This document shows positions 10,014-17,882 of a DNA stretch of 64,000 nucleotides, piece after piece. Position 1 is the first letter of the stretch. Every line of letters begins with the position of its first letter. This DNA is from Patescibacteria group bacterium (GTDB lineage: Bacteria > Patescibacteriota > Patescibacteriia > Patescibacteriales > UBA12465), in NCBI GenBank assembly GCA_028696995.1, contig JAQVFY010000002.1, positions 2,647 to 66,646 of the forward strand. Direction: 5' to 3'. Under the pieces are notes generated by a model that saw only the letters and a program-made list of their open reading frames with translations, did not search any database and was not told the DNA's origin. The translations under genes and the position numbers were made by a program.

Positions 10014-10342
10014 CTTAATTTAATTCAAAATTTAAATTTTATACTAATATTATAATATAAAAAAAATAATTAAGCAAAAACCCTAAAAAAATAGATAATA
10101 GTTATTCTTTACAAATAAAAAATCTTATGCTAAGCTAAAAATAAGAGTTATTTTTGACCTCTTTGAAAGTAACTGTTAAATTAAAAACTTTAAAATTAAA
10201 ATCTGTTTTTAGGAAATAACGACAATGACTAACTCCTATAAAAATATCAAATACTCTAAAAATATAAACCAAAATCTAGGCCGAATTGCTATTAATATTG
10301 GTTAATTTGTTGTTTTTATTCCTCCTAAAACATAATAAAAAT

Positions 10343-11857
10343 ATGATATATGCTATCTATTTAGCTTTGGTTGTTGTTGGTTTTTTCGCTGGTTATCTGT
10401 ATTACAAAAAAAGCTCAGCTTCAAAAATAGAAGGAGCCGAAAATAGAGCTGAAAAAATAATAAATGACGCCAAAGCTAAACAAAAAAAATATGAGCTAGA
10501 AGCTCAAGAAAAAGCCTTAAAAATAATTGAAGACTCCAAAAAAGAAGAAGCTACCCGTCGCCGAGAGATAAATGAATTACAAAAAAGACTAGAAGAAAGG
10601 GAAACTTCTTTCTCTCAAAAATTATTAGCTCTTGAAGAAAAACAACAAAAGCTTTATGATAAAGTTAATGAAGTTCAGGATATAAAAGAAAAAATAAAAG
10701 AAATCAAAGAAGAACAATTAAAAAAATTGGAAAAGATTGCCGAAATGACACCAGATCAGGCCAAGGAAATATTACTAAAAAATGTAGAAGAAAAAAATAG
10801 CGAAGACTTGTTAGTCCGAATCAATAAATTAAAAAATGAATCTGACGAAATTATTAAGGAAAAAGCTATGGATATGCTAGCTTTTGTTATCCAAAGACTA
10901 GCTCCTAATTATACTGCTGAACTAACTACTACTACCGTAGACTTGCCAAATGATGAAATGAAAGGCCGTATTATTGGCCGGGAAGGAAGGAATATTAAAT
11001 CTATCGAACAAATGACTGGAGTAGAAATAATTGTTGATGATACCCCAAATGCCATAACCATTTCAGGTTTCTCTTTAATAAGAAGACATGTCGCTAAAAA
11101 AGCTTTAGAATATTTATTAAAGGATGGTCGAATTCACCCTACTAAAATTGAAGATGCTGTCGCTAAAGCTAAAATAGAATTATCAACTGATATTAAAAAA
11201 GCTGGAGACGAAGCTATTTACGAAATAGGTGTTGCTGGTTTTGATCCTAAATTAACTCAAATTATTGGACGTTTAAAATATCGCACCAGTTATGGACAAA
11301 ATGCTCTAGAACATTCTATCGAAGTAGCTCATTTATCAGGAATGCTAGCTAGAGAATTAGGAGCTGACGCTAATATGGCCAAAAAAGCAGGATTACTCCA
11401 TGATATTGGAAAAGCTGTAGATCATGAAGTACAAGGAAATCACACTGAAATTGGGCGAGATATCTTAAAGAAATTCAATATGCCTGAAGAAATTATTACT
11501 CCTGTAGAAACACATCATGATGATAATCCCCCAACACTATTATCTATAATAGTAAAAACAGCCGATGCCATTTCTTCTGCCCGTCCTGGAGCTCGACATG
11601 ATTCTTATGAGAATTATATTCAAAGATTAGAAGAATTAGAAGGGATCGCTAACTCTTTCGAAGGAGTAGAAAAAAGCTATGCTATCCAAGCCGGACGAGA
11701 AGTAAGAATATTTATTTCACCGGAAAAAGTTGATGATCTTAAATCATATGACTTAGCCAGAGATATAGCCAAAAAAATAGAGCAAGAATTAAAATACCCT
11801 GGAGAAATTAAAGTTAATATCATCAGGGAATTAAGAGTTATTGAATATGCCAGATAA
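10343..11857 (+). CDS. rny: Ribonuclease Y
   Basis: N-terminal TM helix, long K/E coiled coil, KH domain (GRIIGREGRNIKSIE) and HD domain (GLLHDIGKA). The track ORF starts at TTG 10286; I prefer ATG 10343 (MIYAIYLALVVV). Confidence 0.9.
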   Translation: MIYAIYLALVVVGFFAGYLYYKKSSASKIEGAENRAEKIINDAKAKQKKYELEAQEKALKIIEDSKKEEATRRREINELQKRLEERETSFSQKLLALEEKQQKLYDKVNEVQDIKEKIKEIKEEQLKKLEKIAEMTPDQAKEILLKNVEEKNSEDLLVRINKLKNESDEIIKEKAMDMLAFVIQRLAPNYTAELTTTTVDLPNDEMKGRIIGREGRNIKSIEQMTGVEIIVDDTPNAITISGFSLIRRHVAKKALEYLLKDGRIHPTKIEDAVAKAKIELSTDIKKAGDEAIYEIGVAGFDPKLTQIIGRLKYRTSYGQNALEHSIEVAHLSGMLARELGADANMAKKAGLLHDIGKAVDHEVQGNHTEIGRDILKKFNMPEEIITPVETHHDDNPPTLLSIIVKTADAISSARPGARHDSYENYIQRLEELEGIANSFEGVEKSYAIQAGREVRIFISPEKVDDLKSYDLARDIAKKIEQELKYPGEIKVNIIRELRVIEYAR

Positions 11858-12152
11858 AAAAAATGTTATCAATCAAAAAGAATTAATTGAGATGATATCT
11901 TCTCAAGTTAATATTGATTTGAGCAAAAAACAAATTGAAAAAACAATAAAAACATTGATCGCTGTTATTATTGAACAACTGAAACAATCAAAAACTATAA
12001 AATTAACTAGTTTTGGAACTTTCACGGTTAAAAACAGATATGCCCGCGGTGGAGTTGATCCCCGAAATCCGGAAAAAAGGATAAAAATTCCCGCAGTAAA
12101 AGTGGCAAAATTTAAAACTGGCAAAAAATTAAAAGACGCCTTAAAAAAATAA
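11847..12152 (+). CDS. hup: HU/IHF-family DNA-binding protein
   Basis: SFGTFTVKNRYARGGVDPRNPEKRIKIPAVKVAKFKTGKKLKDAL matches the HU beta-arm. The track start at 11841 is TTG; ATG at 11847 is more likely. The gene overlaps the rny stop. Confidence 0.85.
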   Translation: MPDKKNVINQKELIEMISSQVNIDLSKKQIEKTIKTLIAVIIEQLKQSKTIKLTSFGTFTVKNRYARGGVDPRNPEKRIKIPAVKVAKFKTGKKLKDALKK

Positions 12153-12160
12153 GGCGCTAA

Positions 12161-12234
12161 GTGTCCATAGCTCAACTGGATAGAGCATCTGGCTTCGGAC
12201 CAGAAGGTTGTGGGTTCAAATCCTGCTGGACACA
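12161..12234 (+). tRNA. tRNA-Arg (anticodon TCG)
   Basis: Cloverleaf by hand. Acceptor GTGTCCA/TGGACAC, D arm GCTC-AACTGGATA-GAGC, anticodon stem TCTGG/CCAGA with loop CTTCGGA, T arm GTGGG-TTCAAAT-CCTGC, discriminator A. No encoded CCA. Confidence 0.9.
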
Positions 12235-12243
12235 CTTTTATAG

Positions 12244-12317
12244 GGCTGGGTAGCTCAGTTGGTTAGAGCGTAGCACTCATAACGCTAAGGTCGAGGGTTC
12301 GAGCCCCTCCTCAGCCA
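12244..12317 (+). tRNA. tRNA with CAT anticodon (elongator Met or lysidine-modified Ile2)
   Basis: Acceptor GGCTGGG/CTCAGCC (one G-T pair), D arm GCTC-AGTTGGTTA-GAGC, anticodon loop CTCATAA, T arm GAGGG-TTCGAGC-CCCTC. It lacks initiator hallmarks: no 1-72 mismatch and no triple G-C in the anticodon stem. Confidence 0.85.
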
Positions 12318-12324
12318 CCCCTTC

Positions 12325-12397
12325 GCGCTGTTAGCTCAGCTGGTAGAGCAGCTCCCTCTTAAGGAGAAGGTCGAAGGTTCGAATCCTTCACGGCGCA
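12325..12397 (+). tRNA. tRNA-Lys (anticodon CTT)
   Basis: Acceptor GCGCTGT/ACGGCGC, D arm GCTC-AGCTGGTA-GAGC, anticodon loop CTCTTAA, T arm GAAGG-TTCGAAT-CCTTC. No encoded CCA. Confidence 0.9.
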
Positions 12398-12399
12398 CA

Positions 12400-12432
12400 A
12401 AAAAACCAATCTTAAATAGATTGGTTTTTTTA
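12400..12432. terminator. Bidirectional intrinsic terminator between the tRNA cluster and the convergent pilin gene
   Basis: AACCAATCT (12404-12412), loop TAAAT, AGATTGGTT (12418-12426). An A-run lies on the left and a T-run on the right. Confidence 0.65.
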
Positions 12433-12454
12433 TTTATCTAACAAAAATTTATAA

Positions 12455-12907
12455 CTAATAACAAGTAGTAGTAGTAGGAATTATCCCTCCAGAAAAAGCA
12501 CATTTGATTCCAGCCGGCATATCAGCCACATTACCACCTAAACAAAATTCAATATAATAATCAGCTCCACTATTCACCTGATTATAAACATAAGAGGAGG
12601 TAGCACAATCACCATCGGCTGGAGTTGGACCATCCGGAACAGTATACATATAAGTATTAGATCCTGTAGCAATAGAAGATCCGGCTGTAACACTAGCTGG
12701 GTATTCACTCTGATCATTAAAATATAATTCTAAAGCAGTTTGTATTTGTCTAATATCAGTTATTCGCTTAGCATCACGAGCCTTACCACGAGCGCTTTGC
12801 AAAGCAACCACCGACAAAGTAGATAATATACCAATAATAGCAATAACAACTAAAAGTTCAATTAAAGTAAAACCTGGCTTTAAAAAATTTGTTTTTTTAT
12901 TAAACAT
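12455..12907 (-). CDS. Type IV pilin-like protein (prepilin N-terminal cleavage/methylation domain)
   Basis: MFNKKTNFLKPG then FTLIELLVVIAIIGILSTLSVVAL. This is a class III signal with G at -1 and E at +5. The C-terminal domain is small and contains Cys. Confidence 0.85.
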   Translation of the reverse strand: MFNKKTNFLKPGFTLIELLVVIAIIGILSTLSVVALQSARGKARDAKRITDIRQIQTALELYFNDQSEYPASVTAGSSIATGSNTYMYTVPDGPTPADGDCATSSYVYNQVNSGADYYIEFCLGGNVADMPAGIKCAFSGGIIPTTTTCY

Positions 12908-12974
12908 AAGATTTTTTTATTTAATAAGTTTTTATTGTAATTTTATTATACCATAAAAAATAAAATAACAAAAA

Positions 12975-14420
12975 TTATTTATTAGCCAATTTTATTATCT
13001 CTTCTTTGACTATTAAACGATCATCCCAAGGAATTTTTTGACCATCAGCTACGCAAATTGCTTGCTCACAACCTTTGCCGGTAATAATTAATAAATCTCC
13101 TTCTTTGGCTAATTGTAAGCCCTTTTTAATAGCCTCGCGTCTATCCAAAATCCTAAATAAATCCATTCCTTCAATTTTACCAGCTTCCTTGGCTCCAACT
13201 GCTACCTGATTGATAATATCCAAAGGATTTTCATCATAAGGATCTTCGTTACTAATAATCACAAAATCAGCTTTTTCCCCAGATATTTGTCCCATAATAT
13301 CACGCCGACTCTTATCACGCCCACCACCGGCTGAACCTAAAATATGAATTATTCTACTCTGATAACCACCCTCTAATAATTTACCTTTAAGAAAATAAAT
13401 CAAATCATACATTTTTTTCATTGCATTTGGCTCATAGGCATAATCCACAATGGTCAAAAAATTCTGTCCAACATCAACTACCTCTAAACGACCAGGGATA
13501 CTTTTTATTTTTTCTAAACCATCAATTATTTTATCTAAATCAATATCTAATAAAAAAGGTAGAGATAATAGAGGCATAGAGTTCCAAACATTAAATTCCC
13601 CCCACAATTTTAAATTTATTTCTCGTCCCGAAAAATTACCATCATGATTTTTTTTAAAAACAAAATCAAAAGACGTTCCTCCTAAAGAAACAGAAATATT
13701 ATTATAAAAAACAGCAAAAATATCTTTATCGTTTCTAACCTTATTAAAATAATAAAATTTTTGCTCGGCCCAAAAAGAAGAAAAATAAAAGGCCTCATCA
13801 TCATCTCCATTAATTATAATTGACTTCTTAATTCGATTTAAATCAATCTTAGACAAATTACTCTTAACCTTAACAACTTTATTTTCATTATTTAAATATT
13901 TAAATTGACAATTTTTTAGATGAACAAATAATTGACCCTTAGCTTTTTTATAATTTTCAAAGCTACCATGAGATTCAATATGTTCAGGATAAATTCCAGT
14001 AAAAACCAAGATATCATAATTTATAAAACGATGACGAAACTGTCTAATACCCTCAGAAGTTGTTTCTATAATCGCATACTGACAATTGTTTTTAACCATT
14101 TGACTTAATATTTTTTGAGTAAAAAAACGACCTACCATAGTCATTTTTTTATTATTTAACCATTCTTTCTCACCATCACTAAACATGGCAGTAGAAGTAT
14201 AACCAGTTTTATAACCAGCTTCATTTAAAGCTTTAGCCATTAAATAAACCGAGCTAGTTTTACCAGAGGTCCCAGTTATACCAATAACAATCAACTTATT
14301 ACTAGGATTACCATAAAAAATAGTAGCTAAATAACTTAAAAAAAAATGATAAGTCGGCTGAATTTTCTTAAACAATTTCTTGGGTATTATTTTTTTTATA
14401 AAAGATAAAAATATACTCAT
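12975..14420 (-). CDS. murE: Mur ligase family, MurE-like (UDP-MurNAc-L-Ala-D-Glu: diamino acid ligase)
   Basis: GITGTSGKTS P-loop, Mur ligase middle and C-terminal domains, 481 aa. The site where I expect the DAP-specific DNPR motif reads EDPY, so amino-acid specificity is unclear. Confidence 0.75.
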   Translation of the reverse strand: MSIFLSFIKKIIPKKLFKKIQPTYHFFLSYLATIFYGNPSNKLIVIGITGTSGKTSSVYLMAKALNEAGYKTGYTSTAMFSDGEKEWLNNKKMTMVGRFFTQKILSQMVKNNCQYAIIETTSEGIRQFRHRFINYDILVFTGIYPEHIESHGSFENYKKAKGQLFVHLKNCQFKYLNNENKVVKVKSNLSKIDLNRIKKSIIINGDDDEAFYFSSFWAEQKFYYFNKVRNDKDIFAVFYNNISVSLGGTSFDFVFKKNHDGNFSGREINLKLWGEFNVWNSMPLLSLPFLLDIDLDKIIDGLEKIKSIPGRLEVVDVGQNFLTIVDYAYEPNAMKKMYDLIYFLKGKLLEGGYQSRIIHILGSAGGGRDKSRRDIMGQISGEKADFVIISNEDPYDENPLDIINQVAVGAKEAGKIEGMDLFRILDRREAIKKGLQLAKEGDLLIITGKGCEQAICVADGQKIPWDDRLIVKEEIIKLANK

Positions 14421-14432
14421 AATAAAATTAAA

Positions 14433-16949
14433 TTAGCGAGAAGAAAACTTACCAAAAAAATCATCAACATCTTTAATAACCTTCTGACTATTTTTTGAAC
14501 GATTTTCTTCTTCCTCTTCTCCCTCTTCTTCTTCCTTGTCTTTATTAATATCATCATTCTCACCCTCAAGCTCCTCACCCTCCTCAACTTCTTGATTCTC
14601 TTGAATATCTTCCTCTTCTTCTTCAATCTCATCTTCTAAATCTCCCTCAAAAACTAAGGTAGTCTCATCCTCAGGATAAAGATAATTATCCGGAGCCTTA
14701 CTCTCACCTTTGTCATGAATTGGAACTGAGGATAAAGAATTAGCAACACTATCTTCATATTGTTCTTTGGATATCATTATTTCTCGAGGTTTAGAACCAT
14801 TAGACGGACCAACAATTCCATTTTCTTCTAGCATATCTAAAATACTAGCAGCTCGAGAATAACCAATACGCAACCTTCTTTGTAAAAAAGAAGTCGAAGC
14901 CTTACCAGCAGCAACAACTATTTCCTTAGCCTCCTCTAATAGCTCATCTTCATCCCCCATAACACCATCTAGACCAACCCCACCGATACCATTAACCTTT
15001 TGCCTATCAACGATTCCTTCTAAATAATCAGCTGAACCATATTTATCTTTAATATAATTAACTATAGATAAAATCTCACTATCATCAACATAAGCACCTT
15101 GAATACGACGAGGTTTTGATAATTCAGCAGTTGAAAAAAGCATATCTCCCTTACCTAATAATTTTTCAGCTCCAGAAGAATCCAGAATAGTTTTAGAATC
15201 AACTGCTGAAGCCACTGAAAAAGCAACACGAGAAGGAGTATTGGCTTTAATTAAACCAGTAATAACATCAACACTAGGCCTTTGAGTCGCTAATATCAAG
15301 TGAATACCTACCGCCCGAGACATCTGAGTAAGGCGAATAACACTACCCTCGATATCTTTAGAAGCAGCCACCATTAAATCAGCTAATTCATCAATAATAA
15401 ACATAATATAAGGAATTTTTTCCTTATTAGAAAAATTATAAGTCTGAATATTTTTCTTTCCAGACTGATTTAAAACTTCATAACGTCTATCCATTTCATT
15501 TAAGCACCAACGTAAAGCATTAATAGTTTTGCTAACATCAGTAATAACTGGAGTCAATAAATGAGGGATACCATTATAAATTGGAAGTTCTACTCTCTTA
15601 GGATCAACCATAATAAAACGTAAATCGGAAGGACTATTTTGATAAAGTAAAGAAACTATAATAGTATTTAAACAAACGGACTTACCAGAATTGGTAGCTC
15701 CAGCTACTAATAAATGAGGCATTTTAGCAATATCATAAACAATATTTCGACCCGAAACATCTTTTCCTAGAGCGGCCATTAAATTGCTCTGACGAAGTTT
15801 AAAGTCTTTATCCTCCAAAATTTCCCTCAAACCAACAATAGCCTTAGTCTTATTAGGAACCTCAATTCCAATCAATGACTTACCAGGAATAGGAGCCTCA
15901 ATTCTAATAGGATGTGCAGCCAAAGCTAGAGAAAGATCATTACTCAAAGCAGTAATGCGAGAAACTTTAATTCCCTCCGAAGGTTTAAATGTATATTGAG
16001 TAACTGTTGGACCAACATTAACCTGCCCCATATCTACCATTATTCCAAAATTTTCTAAAGTTCTTTGAATTATTAAAATATTATTTTCAATATCTCCACT
16101 AGTCGCCTTACTAATTTTATCACTTAAAAGTTCTAAAGGAAGATCTATTTTTATTTTTTTAGTTTTCCAATTAATCTCAGTTTTTCTAGGAACATCCTCT
16201 CTAAAAGAAGAATCTGCCTTTTTTACTACTCCTATTTCTTTCTTAGTAAATAAAATACCCTGCTCCTTGTCTTTAGTAAGATCCTCTTCTTCCTCTTCTG
16301 CAAAATCAACTAATTTACGCTCATCATAGTCAACTAAATTTGATTCTAGCTCATCCTGATATTCCTCTTCCTCACTAGACAAAGATCCCCAAGCAGATTT
16401 AAAAGTCTTATATAAAAAACTTTTATGACCAAATAAATGAGAAAGGGTAATATTAAATAATAAAATAGCTCCAACGATTAAAATTGCTAAAACCACAATC
16501 AAGCCACCCCAAAATCCTAAAATATTTTTTAAAAATAATCCTAAATAAAAACCTAAATATCCACCACCAATCCCTTTTTCAGCACTTAATTCAGCTATTG
16601 AATCTTTAAAGAAAAAATGAAAAATAACTGGAATAAAAATAAAAAACAAAAATAATCCAATATAATTTGAAGTTCGAGGAAAAAATTTTCTTTGACGATA
16701 AAGAGCGATACTTAATACTATTAATAAAACTGGCAAAAACCACTTGGCCCAACCAAAACCTAATAATAAAATTTTATTCAAAAACATACCAAAACTACCC
16801 GAAAGCGAAAACAAACCTAATAAACTAATCAATCCTAAAACAAAAACTATTATTGCTATAATGCTAGTTTTAATATTAACACCCTCTTCCTCTATTTCTT
16901 CATATTCAAGTTCTTCCACCCTTTTTTTGTTTTTTCTTTTCCCAGCCAT
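14433..16949 (-). CDS. ftsK: DNA translocase FtsK
   Basis: N-terminal TM helices, motor domain (LLVAGATNSGKSV Walker A, IIDELADLM Walker B) and gamma wHTH (SFLQRRLRIGYSRAASILDMLEENGIV). An acidic tail of about 110 aa follows. Confidence 0.9.
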   Translation of the reverse strand: MAGKRKNKKRVEELEYEEIEEEGVNIKTSIIAIIVFVLGLISLLGLFSLSGSFGMFLNKILLLGFGWAKWFLPVLLIVLSIALYRQRKFFPRTSNYIGLFLFFIFIPVIFHFFFKDSIAELSAEKGIGGGYLGFYLGLFLKNILGFWGGLIVVLAILIVGAILLFNITLSHLFGHKSFLYKTFKSAWGSLSSEEEEYQDELESNLVDYDERKLVDFAEEEEEDLTKDKEQGILFTKKEIGVVKKADSSFREDVPRKTEINWKTKKIKIDLPLELLSDKISKATSGDIENNILIIQRTLENFGIMVDMGQVNVGPTVTQYTFKPSEGIKVSRITALSNDLSLALAAHPIRIEAPIPGKSLIGIEVPNKTKAIVGLREILEDKDFKLRQSNLMAALGKDVSGRNIVYDIAKMPHLLVAGATNSGKSVCLNTIIVSLLYQNSPSDLRFIMVDPKRVELPIYNGIPHLLTPVITDVSKTINALRWCLNEMDRRYEVLNQSGKKNIQTYNFSNKEKIPYIMFIIDELADLMVAASKDIEGSVIRLTQMSRAVGIHLILATQRPSVDVITGLIKANTPSRVAFSVASAVDSKTILDSSGAEKLLGKGDMLFSTAELSKPRRIQGAYVDDSEILSIVNYIKDKYGSADYLEGIVDRQKVNGIGGVGLDGVMGDEDELLEEAKEIVVAAGKASTSFLQRRLRIGYSRAASILDMLEENGIVGPSNGSKPREIMISKEQYEDSVANSLSSVPIHDKGESKAPDNYLYPEDETTLVFEGDLEDEIEEEEEDIQENQEVEEGEELEGENDDINKDKEEEEGEEEEENRSKNSQKVIKDVDDFFGKFSSR

Positions 16950-16976
16950 ATTATTGTATAAATTTTATTTAAAAAA

Positions 16977-17879
16977 TTAAGAAATAATCTCGTTTATTCT
17001 TCTTAAATGTTTACTATCAATTTTAAACCAATCCCAAGAATTCTGTAAAAATGAAGATCCTCCCTCAAATAAATGAAAATCTGAACCACCAGTGGCAATA
17101 AGATCTAATTTTTCGGCCAAAAATTGACCATACATAACAGCCCCAATGGTATGATGAGGCGACAAAACCTCAATACCGTCCAATCCTAAACCCTTTAATT
17201 TTTCTGTCATATTATTAGCAAATTTATTATTTTTACCAGGATGACAAAAAATTAACTGACCCCCAACACTCTTCTTTATTCGTAAAATCCTTTCGATATC
17301 AATATAGGACTCATTTAGAATACCAATTTTTTTATTAAAAAACAAATCGCCCATAATATCTTCAATTCTTAATGGCAAATCAATTCTTCTTTGATAATGA
17401 GGATTTAATCTTCTTTTAGCTCTAACATTTTTAACAACCAAATTATAATTAAATTTGTTTTCCATTATTTTAGCGGATAGACGATTGATTGGAATATAAT
17501 TTTCAAACTCTGCTAAAATTTTAACGATATTTATTTTAAAACCTCTCTTTTTTAGTTTTAATAAAGAATTTTCAACTAACACCGCTCGACGTTTTCTAGT
17601 AGATTCTAAAATATTCTGTAAATCAGTATTATTTATATCAAAATTATACCAAAGAAAATTCATTTTCCTTCGACCATATTTAATATATAATTCTAAACCA
17701 GGAATTGCTTTAATACCATTTTTTTTAGCTTCATAAAAAAACTCTGATAAACCAGCAGTAGTATTATGATCGGTTAAGGAAGCCACCTTAACTCCCTTCT
17801 TTTTTATAAATTTTACTATCTCTTTAGGACTCAAATAACCATCAGAAAAAGTAGAATGTAATTGTAGATCAATTAACAT
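16977..17879 (-). CDS. PHP-domain metal-dependent phosphoesterase
   Basis: MLIDLQLHSTFSDGYLSP and ASLTDHNTTAG are typical PHP N-terminal His/Asp motifs. 300 aa. Confidence 0.75.
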   Translation of the reverse strand: MLIDLQLHSTFSDGYLSPKEIVKFIKKKGVKVASLTDHNTTAGLSEFFYEAKKNGIKAIPGLELYIKYGRRKMNFLWYNFDINNTDLQNILESTRKRRAVLVENSLLKLKKRGFKINIVKILAEFENYIPINRLSAKIMENKFNYNLVVKNVRAKRRLNPHYQRRIDLPLRIEDIMGDLFFNKKIGILNESYIDIERILRIKKSVGGQLIFCHPGKNNKFANNMTEKLKGLGLDGIEVLSPHHTIGAVMYGQFLAEKLDLIATGGSDFHLFEGGSSFLQNSWDWFKIDSKHLRRINEIIS

Positions 17880-17882
17880 AAA

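Noticed and set aside
10014-10342. 329-bp spacer upstream of rny as a possible ncRNA gene
   Set aside because: It contains a promoter-like TTTACA-17-TAAGCT. I could not recognise any conserved RNA family core (RNase P, SRP, tmRNA, 6S) or a convincing structure, so a long rny leader is the simpler reading.
11903-12235. 110-aa minus-strand ORF spanning hup and tRNA-Arg
   Set aside because: It is antisense to a well-supported HU gene. It starts with GTG inside the tRNA, so it is spurious.
14417-14632. 71-aa K/R-rich ORF overlapping the end of ftsK
   Set aside because: It is a frame-shifted reading of the GAA/GAG-rich acidic tail, which reads as AAG/AGA codons. It lies entirely inside ftsK on the same strand.
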